A stretch of 64,000 nt of DNA from Catajapyx aquilonaris (taxonomy: Eukaryota): positions 1 through 64,000 of the forward strand of contig KZ538200.1 of NCBI GenBank assembly GCA_000934665.2. Direction: 5' to 3'. Below the pieces are notes generated by a model that saw nothing but the letters and a program-made list of their open reading frames with translations, ran no database searches and was not told where the DNA came from. Both the position numbers and the translations under genes were made by a program. Of this stretch, positions 24,801-39,311 are shown in pieces; the first letter of the stretch is position 1; each line of letters opens with the position of its first letter.

Positions 24801-27800
24801 TCTACGAGAGTGGTCACTAATAGTTACCAATTACTTGCACTCATTTGATTACCGCATGCACTCTACGGGCAAGGCTATACTTTTCATCTGTCGCATTAGG
24901 CCGGAACAGACCCAAGTAAATTTCATTATCAATCGCAAAAACATATTGCGCGGTACAGCCGGATGTAATATCACTCTAATTCGTGCACGTGGAATGAGGT
25001 ATGGGCGGGATGGAGCTATAAAGTACGTGTAACAAGGTCCGTTTATTAAATGCAAGTGGTCACGCGGAATACTCGCAATACCACGAATTAATGACCTGTG
25101 GCTGCCCTTCCTGTCATGACCCTATCTGAGAGTTCCGGACATTCCTCCACATCCCTCATGTCATATAAGTTTATTACACCCCCCTACGATATTATGAGTC
25201 CAACGCAACAAGTCATCAAAAAGATGGGTATAGCCCAACAACAACCGGACCTACGACATCCCAATTCAGAGCACGATCGGCCATCTTTTCCACGCGATTT
25301 TCTCAAGTTATCCTCCAAACAGCCATTTTGGAGAAACCGCTCTCATAAATACCTATAAACGTCACTAGTTGACGCCTTCTCAAAATTGACCCATTCGGCA
25401 AATGAGCTTCAACAGTATCGATATCATCTCCCTAAAGGCGACAAGTAAGAGCTTAATAAAATCTTAAGAGCCTGGTAAAAGCCGACTTAGAAATGGAAAT
25501 CGACATCTTAGACTCACGCAAGTGTAAACCCCTTGGGTCCTTTTTGTCCCCAAATTTTTTTTGTGAATCCAAACCGATTGTTTAGTCGCACGCATGGCCA
25601 CAGACACTAATTTGGTTGCGGTCTCTGCCCTGCGCCCAACCCCTGTCACCGCTCATCACAAAATCGATACCCTGCTGCTGGACACCCTTTCCTCTTCGAT
25701 ACACACACAGCTTATGGCTTCTTCCAACCCCAAACATCGTGTATATCCAGCTGCTAATACCATTTGCATACAGTATCTTCAACAAAGGTACCCTACCACA
25801 TTTGGGCTATCCTTGCATGATGCAACCCATCAACCATGAATGACGCCAATCAGCAACTGTGCCACTTCTTCCTCCATGATTTCGTATAAGGTAGGCCCGC
25901 AGGGTCTCCAACTTTATGCTCGCGGGTGTACATGCGCCCAAGTAGCAACCAGCAGGTCAAGTGATTGCAACTGAGTTTCCTCATGAGACCACCAAGTTCT
26001 GCGTTTCACTTGAGAAGAATTTGGTGGGTGGGTGGGTGTTCCACCTTTGTAGGCACAAAGAAGGCCCCGGCTGCCATGCTGCGAGTGAGATCGATGCGAG
26101 CTACCTTTCTGGCCCGCAGAACACCTCAGAAGCTAGCTGGCTAACTAACCAACCCACCCACCCACCCTTTTTTTGGCAAAATGCCTTTCTCGCACAATCT
26201 TCCATCGGGTTTCGCAATATATATGTGAATGGAGCCTCCTTGAGAAAAGAAACTTGGCCACTTGGGAATGGAGAGAGCCTGCCACAGCCACGTGAGCTCG
26301 ACTGCTATACCAGGCTTTNNNNNNNNNCCCCCCCTATTTTTGGACATGAAAAGTGTCGGATATTCACTCCCAAGACTATCTGATGAACACGCTCCACATG
26401 GGGATACTCGAATAATGTCCAGAAAATCTATTAAATATTGGATCCATGTATCAGAGTTATAGACACGAAATCTTTGACCTCCCAGATTAATCTTTTTTTT
26501 TACTAGGAAAGAAAGTTATGGGTAATATTTATCTTCTGTGTATGGCTTGTAGCTGCTTGTAGTACTGTACTATATCATGGACTGTAATAGAGCCTGACAT
26601 ATACATATGCTGGGTAATTTAGTAGGTTACACCACGACCACTGTAAATGCCTAGTGGGATTAGAGCGAAAACAGGGAGTTACTTTGGATTCATAACAGTG
26701 GGTAGTCTTTACAACAATAAACCTGAAACGTGTTTCCATTACCTAGACATAATGCTTGCTGAGCAGATTAAAGCAGTGGCTCGAACTAACAGAAAAAAAA
26801 GTGCAGAAACACAACATACCTCATAACTCATACGATATTGTCTTCGCCTATATACCCTAATCCTATCATATAAGCCATTCCTTTGATCTTTACAGTTGTG
26901 ATAGAACATGTAAAAAATTCATGTGAGACAAACAAAGCAGGCCTATTTTTATGGCAAAGTCAGGTTTTAGGTCTTACGAAACAAGAGAATAGTACAATAA
27001 AATTGTTTGAAATTTATGTGTAAGATGGAACGGTATGAGAGGGTAAGCTACGGATTCATGTGGTAGTAATAACTACACAGAGTTCGTCGATTGGAGGTGA
27101 ATTATTACACTTTCCCCGTTTTCACTAATGCATCACTTATTTATGCAACTTGGGCCTCCATATATTAAAGTATTACAAAAATCATGAGCTAATCTATTAC
27201 CTTTTCAAATGGTCCAAATAAAATATCTCTACACATTATTTACGTAGCATAATTGTACTGTACACCCATGTTAAAACGTAATAGTGCCCTTATTTAATTC
27301 AATAAAGCGTTAATTTATCATACCAGTTTGGCCGTGGTTGCCTGCTAACAAATGATGTGAATTATTCATTACGTCATGCCAATTACTTTGCTTTATGTTT
27401 GTAGAGCTAAATTACGTGAGATAATATAGGACAACCATTTTCCCTTTACTTATTAGCCTTATCAGTTATCACCCACTCGACCCATACAGTAACACGTTGT
27501 TTCATCACTGTTATGTGTTAATTTCACTTATTTACTAAACATTCAATGAAGAAAACAATGTACTTCTTCATTACATGACAACAATTTTAAAGCGGCTTAC
27601 AGTATTATGTGCATTCTTCCTTAAGTCAATACTGTACAGTACACTGTATTTGTCCAAATATTTTCTAAAGTTAACTGCCTTTAATTCAAGTTTCATCAAC
27701 AACGCGGCACTAAAAACAAACTTCAGCGGATCCTTCCAGATTTAATAACAAGTCGCAACAATATTTAATGTGCACCCTGGCAGCAATCTGCCTTTAGATA

Positions 27801-30800
27801 TGCATGATAGTGTAGCTTGGCATGGAACACAAGGCAACGGAAAAATTCGCAAGTTGACCTCGTGAGAAGCTATCTCCTCCACTACCCAAACATACATTAA
27901 TAACACAATCCCTATACTGCATCAGGTTGAATAAATGTTGAACATCAATTTTACAATAATACAGATCAGATTTTGTGCTCGCCTGATTCGAACCCATAAA
28001 TCTTGCATTATGCAGTCCCCCACTTCTACCTAGAGACTGCTGGTATGAAACCGCAGTGCACACTTGACCCTTAAATTAATTACACTACAACCGCGATCGA
28101 CATGAAAGGGCAATATTAATTAGAAGATATCACGTTCCTTCCCAGCCCCACTACTGCATGCGCGATAAATTACGGATAAGCTAAATATAACCTGAGGAGG
28201 GTCTCACTTGTCAACATCCCTCTTACAAGTTTGCAAAAACCTTTTCCCTCTATGGGTATACATGATGAAAGGAGCGTTTAACCAGGGCAAAACCTGCAAG
28301 TGGTGTGTTTACGTTGCACTGTACATTTTGAGCGTTAGATATATTATGTGCTGCAGCAGAGAGCAAAAAAATATTGCCCATATTTTTCCTCCCATGAAAA
28401 TGAACCCTTCCGGATGTTTACATATGCTCAACTTCACAGACAGTATATACGAACTTTCAATTTTTGATCCTTACCCAACTTGCATACATATTGAAGATGC
28501 TTAGAAGATGCCAATCATATAAAAACACTATAAATAATCCTTCAAAATTTATGCGACTACCCAAAAACAAACCTCCAGCAAATTAAGCAGTTCTTCAGGT
28601 GCTGGATTTCCTGAATTCCATTTATTCAACCTCACGGTCAGAGTATCACAAAATAAAACCCCTTTTTCCAGGAGTGTAATGGACCGGATAAAAAACCAGC
28701 CGAAATATAACCCGAGGGTTTCAACACCCACGATGTTTCAAGATTTGGAAATGCAATCATTCGTAACACTTTTTCTCTGGAAAAAAAAAAATGTCATTTA
28801 CACGTCTAGCAGACTCCATGCAAGCAAATGGCGACCCACTTTCCTTCATATTTTCTGTTTCCCTCAGCGACGACCATCTTGGGGTCTTTCCCGGATTTTT
28901 CTTCTCCTTGTTTCTCCGGCGACTGGCTGTCGTCAGGTGAAATGGGTATCCGACATGATTATACTTATAAAAAAAAGACGAAAAGAACTTGGTGTTCTTG
29001 TTACTGTCTGTTGTCCTCGGAAAGTTCTCGGCTACTCGCGAGCAAAGAGACTCTTTTCGCGTCACTGGAGAGCCTAGCGAAGGGCCTTTAGGGAGTCAAA
29101 TTATTGCCTGGTTGGTTGATTTAACGACAGGAGACGCTGAAGACGAGGCTCTGCTTTTGCCTGGTTGTTTCTAGGCAGACAAATTTCATCTAAGTAAAGA
29201 AAGAATTAAATTGCGCTGCAGGGATGCATGAGTAAGGTGATGAATTTGTTCGTGCTCCAGTCTTTGGAAGGCAATAAAGAAATAATTTTGTTCGTGGCAG
29301 ACGCCAACAGCAAGAAGAAAAGAATGGCGGGAAGGCACGTGATTGGCCGTGAAATATGATTGGTCGTAGGTTTGTTGTAAGTCTCTGACCAATGAACAGT
29401 GAGCTACAGAGTTGCAACATCAGCGAGGTTACTGGTGTTCCCATGCTCTGCTGATCGACCAGTGGTCTTTAGAGTTGGAGAAAGTAATCCTAGGCAAAGC
29501 AACTGTTCCCTCCTATTGGGTCGAAAGTCTGGCTGAAACCGCAAATCGACGTATACATCCTCGACTGGATGGCATCCAGAGTGCATGTTCCCTCGCCGCT
29601 AATTTCAAGTGATACTTTTTTCCCCAGGATAATGTGAAAGCAATTCATTTGTCCGTAAAATTGCACATCCATTTACACCCGGCACCATCAGTCTTCCTGG
29701 CTCGTGAGAAGGCCCAACTGGGGGACGGAGGAGGAGGAGGAGGAAGGTAGATGGGAGGTGGGGGAGGAGAAAACTTCCTGGAACAATCCAACCCTTTGTG
29801 CAGCTTAAGAATAACCCTATAAGGGTTGATTAATAGCCTGCTGACATTTGCGAGCTTGAACTCTACAAAAGCAGCACATTCGCCAAGGAGACCAATCCTA
29901 AGTTTGTAATCCCCACGCGTTCGGTGTTGTTAATTAGGGGTCATGGGATGGGAAAAAATAGACGGTTCAGCCGACTCGTTCCGCCGAACAGCAGAACCAA
30001 TTTGGTCAGATTTACTCAGCACTAATCTGACAAGAGGATTGCTGCATGGCAGGCCCTTTAGATCTTCACTTAGTCTATTTACAGCAAGTAGACCCGGCTT
30101 CATACCATCTTTAGAAAATAAATATACGCATATTTTCTGAATGTGACAAATTCTGATCAGGTACATTAATTCCGTCATACTGCTAGCGACATATTCTGAT
30201 GCGGCAGACATGTCAATCGAAGCGATAGCGTGCGAGCCACGCGAGTAAGAAATGGTAGGCCTTGGGTGACGTCACCGGCTGGCTGAAACTGAATCGACCG
30301 TAACACACCGTACTTTTGTCCCTATGTCTTGATCGCTAATTTACGACCTGTCGGCCAACTTTGGCCGCTCGGCGTCACTTTTAGAATCCCCCAAAGTGGA
30401 GGCTGCAGATGAGTCTAATGAAAATTAATCTCCATAATAGTCCTCTCTCTCCTCTTTTTACGTGAAAAGAGGCGTCTCCTGACGCTGTGGGCGTTTGTGT
30501 CATCCCAGATCGTGAATCATAGTGTTGAAAAAAGGCGTTAGCTGTTAATTGGCTCTTAATAACCCCCTGCTGGATCATCCTATGGTTTTATTTATAGCCG
30601 CTTAGAAAGGTCCTTTTCCATGGGGGTCGTAAAGTTGACATCGGTCCGGATTTGTCCAAACTCCAGCTTTACTAGTCTCATGGGGAAAAAGGCTAATATC
30701 GATATATCAGACATCGATATATTTTTTTTCTACTGTATATATAGAACCAGCCTTCTTAATGGCAGCTAAGTAAAGGCTACACGTCCCCTAAAGATTACAG

Positions 30801-33800
30801 GGCATACTCCAGAAAATTCCATTCACAGCAAAATGTCACGTGATTAAACCCCTTTTATATATATATATATAAAACTGGAATGAGGTCGAACATGGAAAAA
30901 ATGGGGGATGGAAAAAAATCGAAGGAGAGCCTTGAAAAGTTCTGACGTTTGCCAAATGAAAATGTACTGTAGAGAAAGTTTGCAACTGGGTATTTTTTTT
31001 TTCACCATCTCCCGTTCCTTTTTTTCTTCTGCCACGGCGACTCGAGGCACTTTGAGCTGGTACAATTCCCTCTTACAGACATTGCTCACTCCTAAAGCTG
31101 TTGGCAGCAGGAAGAAGAGAAAAAGTACTACAGACGGAGTCAAAAGGTATTGACTCAAAGCTCGAGCACTTACACACATTTTATTCTTCCGCTCTTGAAA
31201 GCCTAACCATCTACCCCGCCTCTTACAACCCCCTCGGTAATGCCTTTCAGATTACATTACAGACTCAAAACTGGAAGAATTGTGTGAGCAAATATCATTT
31301 GGACTGATTGAAAATCAATGTCGATTTTACGACTTCAGTGCGTGCAATAATGACATCAAAATAATGGAACACCCTATAGCATTGCATATTTTATTTTAAA
31401 AAAAACTATTGATGTGGAGATTGTCGCGGTGCTCATGAGAGCATCTGTTAACATATGCCACCTGCTTTTATTTACATGGAGGTAGCCTGTACCACGGGCT
31501 GTACAGTACACCAGTCTTGTGTGCACTCCACTGCAAACACCACCAGTGCATCAGCAACTTTTTTTTGTGTGTGTGAACATGTCACACTCGGGCTATGTTC
31601 ATTTTGTAGCAACAGTGCTGGAGTTAAATTCCGAGCCTCAAAAACGCCACAACAATACTTATTGACCAGAATGTTGGAACTAGCTTAAAGTTGTTTTCAT
31701 CGTCGTGTATGTAAATGGCTGGCTGATAAAATATCACTGGTCGACTATCGATTGCTGTTGCTTTTTTCCCCATGTCTAGGACAACATTTCAAAGGAACTT
31801 TTATTTTTTACTGAGCTTCCACTCACAAGAGATCTAGTACAGTTACGCTTTTTGATTTACGACCTTGTCTAGCATTTTTTTCGTTATACTTCATTCCTCC
31901 AAGCAACTCCGGAAGACGTTTGGGCTTCCAAGTGCTCTGTATTGTACTTCCGTGGGGATATAGAAGGATAAGCAGAGGAACGTCTCAGAAGATAGCAAAA
32001 CCTTTGGCTATAGTCGAACCCCCCCATAATTCAAAGGAGAGGTTTACTTTCGGACCAGTTCGCCTTGATAATACCCCCAGTCGGATTGTCAGTAAAATGT
32101 CAGGAGTGACGTTACAGATTGCTGGAGAATGGTTAAAAACAAACTTGATTAATGTTTCACCTTTTGTTTATCCAGGAAAATGAGATTTCCGTCTGGGGTT
32201 AGTTTCCTCAATTTCGACGTAATTAACCCTCCCGGTGTTTTATAACCACTTCCTCACTGCCGATTTTATCACAACACCTCTACGTTACGAAACTGACACG
32301 TTCACAATAATTCTCCCGCAAATCTGCCCGTTTGATTAAACTTTATCCAAAAATTTATGCTTTTCAACTTCCAAGTTCTAACCCGGCCCAAACCGTTCAG
32401 AAATGTCATCCAACAGCCAATAGCAGACGACTAATCCTGTAACAGCATTCATTATTATGACAACAATGGTCATAACTTAGGGCTGATGGTTATACACACC
32501 ATGGCCTTTTTCCGAAATAATTTTTTTAAAATGCAATTGCAGTATCTTTGCGGCTGGATTTTGGTGTGTGTAATTCTAGACCTACTGCTTCAGGCCCAGA
32601 CGCTTTTTGCTAATCCAACCCTTCAGTGTCAATATCAGTCGCAAAATCCGACCACTTTCCAAGCGGCCTTAAATTTTCACCTTCCTTATATTTTTTTGCA
32701 GGCTACATGCTTTTAAGGATTGTTAAACATACGCACAGCAGGTAACAAGAAGGTTTTCAGTCTGGCTGTCATTCTCCTGTAGGGCCTTAATAATCTTTGA
32801 CCGCCGCAAGCCGCCATAAATCTAGCTTTTGTATGTAGAGCAGGCATGGAAAAGTCTGCTTCCGCTGAGCTCTGTGACAAGAATAGGCTTATAAAGGCTA
32901 TGAGTTAGTGCATCGATTGAAGGGAGGGGGGGGGGGGGGAATCCACCGTATTATGGTGCCTGCACTTTCCTTGGATGAAAAAGCTTCGTGGCTTTTCCTG
33001 CAGCCCAGAAAGCTCCCTTGTTTGCCCTTCTTCCCAGGATGCAAAGTTTGTTGTCAGGTGCGCATATAGAACGTGGGGGGGCACCAGCACTTTGATATAA
33101 TCCAGCCAGATTTTATGACCATACTTCTTACAATAGAGGTGAGTATTAAGCTAGCTTGAAACTTTCCCGCGTCGTAAAGTCAGCTAATTGCGCAAGCGCA
33201 GGCTCAAAATTCAATTGCATAAGCTATAGCATAATACTGTAGTAAGTACCAAATAAATATTACAAATAATGCAATTAAGGCCTTGATATTACATAACGCA
33301 TATGACGCACAACAACGCTTTAAAAATCCCCCTGAAGGTCATGACATGACCTGTTATGCAGTAATCATGCTATTACTTTATAATAAATCACCCCCTGTCT
33401 AAACCAAAAACTAGCAATTAACATCCCCCACTGCTAAAGTCGGCCAATCAAGACAAGCAAAACGCAACGCTTTTCATTAATTAAACGAACCGAACTTAGC
33501 AGAATTTCCCCCCAAAATCCTCTGTAGCTCTCTACAAATAGAACTAACCAGCATTCTGAGCATAGAGCCCCCCCCCCCNNNNNTTCCCCACAGACTCATT
33601 ACGCCCCTATTCTCCCCATGAAAATGGCTGCCGGTCTATCCATCATTAGCCCTGGAAATCAGGATGTGGTAGGAAAAGTCAAGTAAGGAGGGGTTATTAC
33701 AGAGTCTATTTCAGATCTATCCAAAATTGTTGGGTGTGGTCTACTCTCTCTCAATCCCATATCAGATTTTGTGGAAAATGTCGCCGGTATTTTGCCCTCG

Positions 33801-36800
33801 GAAGCATGGCAGCATCGGGGGGGCCAGATTTGTCGGGAGATCAATATAGAGGGGGCGAATGAGGGTGGAAGGTGCAAAAGTAATGGAGATGACGCCGCAC
33901 CCAATTGTGACGGACTTCCGGTGTTGACAAAACTCCTCCAATGGGCGGGGATTTTGGTGGAGGGGCCATCTGGTGTTGAGTGACGGGACTCGTGTCGTAC
34001 CAGCATATGCGGGCACTGCTCTTTTTTCCGGGTACTTTGCTCCCAAATACTGGACGGCCGATGACATCCACTGTCCAAAACTGTTTGGACATAGTGTATT
34101 TAATGTACGAAGGAATCATGACGGTAGGTAACTCAAATCCTATTTTTTGTATGACAGTGAGACGCACTGTGTACAAAATGTACTGTACCCAGGTGAATGA
34201 AAACCATATGTAATAACAGCGCACAGTATAACAGAATCGACCAGAATACCAATGTCATCACTGTACGGTTTGTTTCCACACAAGCCTCTATAGTGTTTGT
34301 CAATAACGGTTTTCGCACAATATCAAACGTGTGAGCTTCAGGTTATTCATTCAGTTCACACCATGTAACAACCCTCTTGTTCAGATGCACATTAGAGTGT
34401 ACATGGGAAACGCTCAGGGATCATCCATAAATTATATGGGGCTTCTGGGTTGGAATAATGCCGGGTTCACATGGACGTTTGTCTCTGGGTCGTTGTGGGT
34501 GGGATTCAGCACCAATCAGCGTTCATGATGACTGTATATTAATATATTAATATATGTATATATTATAATGACCTTCCTTTGAATGAATATGTAACTGTCA
34601 CAAATAATACGACTAACAAAATATGAAGTTATGATATGAAAGTCCTGGAAATATTCCAAACAGAGCGTTACACAACTAAGTGTTACGTAAAATATGCGAC
34701 ATCCTGTTTCCACTTCCTATTAACCTCCTGATCTCCATTAGTCTACAATCTGAGCAGGGTTACGTTAAAAACTAATAACGGTAGTCTTTTAACTCCTATT
34801 GACAGGGAACGACAAGGTGGGTAGGAGGGGGGTCTCCCGAGAATAGATTGAGAAGCAGGGAAAAAATGAAGAGAAAAGAAGATTGTAGGGAGGTTGGGGG
34901 AGTTGTCAACCTCCAACATCCAAGAAGTTGAGGGAGAAGACGGAGACGGGGGTGGGTGGGTGGGAAAGAAAAGGGGGGGAAAAAAAGTAGAATCGATAGT
35001 CTCCAGGCCTTCCGCTGGCCTTCCCTAGACATTATTTTCACGCCACGTCGCCCTTTTGTTTCTAGCAAATGGATGCTCCGCACTTGGAGCTTAACTCTAT
35101 AGATTCTCATCAGGCTTTGGATCCATTTACACCCAAGTATGAATTTTTATCTATTTTTTTTGACAATAAATCATCTCGAAAGATGTGGGATGCAATGCCA
35201 ATTGAACCTAGCCCGAATTGTTAAGGCCAATTTCTGGGATATCAGGATGCATAAATATCGAATATCGATACAACATGGCACACACCAGACTAAAATATTC
35301 AGAGTGGTTTTCTGCTAATTTTTCTTTTAAAAATATTAATTTTCACGCAATACGAACCCAATTTAATTTATGCTCGTTCACGAAATTTCTTCCAAAAATT
35401 TATTAACCCTCAGTTAGTGCGGTGGGGGGCAGCTGACCTATGACCCCCCAAGGTAACTTGTTCAATAAATTTCTCTCACATTATTATATACAGTAACTTT
35501 AAAATAATTGCAACCAATATCATCAGCCTCGTGCGTTTTTCATCTTATTTTTAAAACCAATCGTACATTTTTGATATATGGAAATATCGGTCAGCTTTTC
35601 AGCCCCATTAGGCACAATAGGCTTTAAGCCAGCATGCAGTACATTAGGCATGGCAGTGACGCAGTAAAATGTTTTTAAATCGAGCCCAATGCGGACGTCA
35701 GATCCTGTGACAGGTCCCTCCATCACGCGGGCAATAACCCAAAAAAGTGAAAATATGCACAGAGCAGGGTTTTGCATATACAACACCGATATTCTCTTTT
35801 TGCCAGTCTAAAGGAGCTTAAAAATTCTGCCGGCATCGTGAATGATAAATGTTCCCTGCGCAATGGACCAATAAGTACGGCGCTGCCGGTAGGATGCAAC
35901 TAACTCGGACAGCTCTTCCTGAGCTCTGCCTTGACAAATGCCTCCAGAAGAGACGTCCATTTGGGAGGAAAAGGAGGGTAGATAGATTCCTTGGCAACAG
36001 GGAAGTGCCCCGGAAACCACGGCTGAACGACAACATCAAGACACAAACACACTCTTCAAATAGGGAGCAGTTGGACACAAACACACTCTTCAAATAGGGA
36101 GCAGTTGGATCCAAACCCTTTGTCATATATGTGTGGAAAAAACACATGGTTTTTCCCCCAATAAAGTCCATTAAACACGGTGCATCAACCTGACAGGGTG
36201 ATGAAATTTTTACGTGCACTTTCATACATGAATTACGATATGTGCGGAGTTTACATTTTAGGGTAATACCCAGTGGTGTAGCGGACTATAGTAACTAGTT
36301 TTAGGCGGCTTTTCAGCCGATATTACATCAATTAAGGGACTTACTAAAATGTAACCATCGGGTAGACCTGTACGGCCACACGAGTTGAGTACTTTTATTA
36401 TCCTACAGTACCATGCGAAGCATAAATTGCTTTTGAAAATATTTATCCGTCTATATCAGTCTGGTATCTTTAAGGTTCGAAGCCCAGTGAGCAGTGCAAA
36501 AGCCATATAAAAACCGAACAGGCTCTAACCCACCTTAATATTAAATGCAATTCGACGAAACAACTGCGCAGCCAAAGTTATAGCTCATCGCCTTATACGC
36601 ACATAAATGGCAAATATATGAGCACGTAACAAAATCGCGTAGTAAACTCTCAATTACTTGCAGTAAGCAGTCAGTGAGCTCCACTCGAGGGGATCGTTTC
36701 GGACTATTCACTCCATTCTGCAACAGTAATTGATGGCCGACCCCACAAAGTTTGTCGCCATGGAGAAATCTGTCCACCAATGTACTTTATATGAGGATTG

Positions 36801-39239
36801 ATCCGGATCGCCGAGTCCTCTTGTGTGTATAGAAGGGGATGGAGGGTGCAGGGAAAAGGGGTGGTCGGAAGGGCATAAAACGGACCATTCTCTAACACCC
36901 GACATTCCTCTTGGAGAGGACTGCATACATTCCTTACCCGATCCTTACCATCAAGTGAAAAGACCCTCAGTGAATATAGCAACCTCATCTGGCGAATTTC
37001 TCAGAAGTGTCCTTGGGGTCATATCTTGTATATAGTCCAAATATGACACTAATTTCAATAGATTTTCTCGAGGCTTATAACCTGGGTGGGCATGGTTTTT
37101 TTTACGGTTACATCTGATCTGATATTTAACATTCGAATGGGTATGCGCTTATCCCCTGCATACAATCTACTCGACTTTCCCTTTGAAATGTGTTGGCGTA
37201 GATTCAATTTTGCTCCGTACACAATTTCTTTGATCCGTCGTCCTTGTTTCAGCTTCAATCCTATCAGCTCCTCCATTCATCTCCTCTAACCCTCTCAACT
37301 ATTTCCATAATATTCGTTCCTCCCCCTAATTCCTTATCTCTCTTCCTAATTTCTTAAACTCGGCATGTGCTCCATTTTTGATCTTCGTGTAGCTGAATAT
37401 TACTCTTCCAGACTAAGCCCACCCACCTCCCATTCCATTTGTTCTGTTTTATATGCCCAAGGCCTGAATATCTCCACCAAAGCACCATTAGGCACGTTAA
37501 ATGTATGGGTGTCTCATTTGCTTTACACCCACTCCTAGTTCATAAGTCATAAATAAAGTACAATTCATAATAATTCCAACTTTCCTGGGTACGGAAATGT
37601 TGGTGCTTGCAAACTGACTAAGTTTCTTCGTCCTACGTAGTGTTGATTAACAATGCATAGGGCGGCTCAATTAGAGCTGTATAATCAGTGGCTGGAAACA
37701 ACCTCACGTTTGTGAGCAACGTCGCGTCCAAAATGCGTGTAACAATTGAGAAAGGTTGATATTGTCGCTGTATACCGTCGCGCAGTAAAAATAAGTAAAT
37801 TATTCATGTCGTTCCGCTGCTTGTTCCCTCTTGAAATGTCACGTTGCCCTCTACCTACTTAACTAAACTAACGTTATTCATAATTAATTGCTGGCTAATT
37901 TTACCATCCACTGGTCACAACACGCACAACGTCCCCTCAGAATACAGAATACGTATCTCCTGTTTAGCTGAAACTAGGATGACCTATTTCACTTTCCATT
38001 TTACGGTGTACTAACAACAGAATCCAAAGATAACCGGGAGCAAAATGTTTTTTATACCCAATTTGGCACCCATTCCTATACATATTCGTGTGATTGATAT
38101 GTAGCGAAATATTGGACACCTAAGCAAGTCGCTGACCTCAGTCAGAAAAAGAAAATTACATTCATTACTATTTAATAATGTTAAAACAGTTTGGATTCTA
38201 TTTTAGGTTGGACTGTAAGCCTATGTAATCAAATTAATTATGGGAGCATTTTAGCCTCGATACTGTGTTATTCTTTCCATTAGGCTAAATTATTGTGTAA
38301 ACACCGGTAACAGTAATCTAATTACCCTAATTATTTCTATCTTATTAAAGGTTCCAGCAATATTCCGACCCTAGGACCTATTAAATAAGGTCATTCTATT
38401 CTACAACATTTGTATGGCAGCCATCTTGAATCCCAGCACAAAAGATGAAGCCTGCAGCTCGGAGATAGAACAATACGAATTATCGGAATTACACCTCGTT
38501 CTCACGAATACGTTATCACCAACCCTCATCACAAAACGGTTGCCCTTCCCGGAAAAAAGTGTGACCTTATTCACGTTTCGGTCAATCACACTAGAATTTA
38601 TTGTAAGAAAAATGGTCCATTAGGGGGGTGGAATACCACCTCAGAAGCCATATTTACCTACAGAGTAATGATGGTTGCATAGCCCCAGGATACACCCCTA
38701 CTATTATGACGCAATCCTGCAGATGAAATTGTACTGCTGTACCCCCCCCCCCCNNNNNNNNNNNAAAAAAAAAATCACACAAATGGTCCATGACAGTAAC
38801 TAAAATCAGGACCAATCCATTCTGATGCTGGATGGCTGGCACCTCGTTGAACCTCCATGTTCGAACCCATTTCGATTCTCTCGATTGATGTGTTCATTCC
38901 TTACATCCGTTAAGTTAGACTTAAATCCAGAATCAGCTTTAATCCGTACCTTTTGGTGGGAAACTGTGGCCTCTTATTCTTCACTATCTCTCATCCCTCA
39001 CCCCCCTCCATCCCAAACTAACTAGACGTGGCCGTTTTGCAGTGCCAATCGATAGAGAAGCAGCTGAGCTCAGGTCGCCTGCATGAGAATCGTACTTTGC
39101 TGCTGATGATTTTGCTTCATCAGGACCTAGCACTGAAGAGACCAGGACCACCTGTGCAGGCATCAGGCGCCCAACCCATATGCAAATTAGCGCCAGACCT
39201 CACACCAATATTATGATCAAGGTCAGCCACAAACTCACC

Positions 39240-39311
<72 letters not shown>
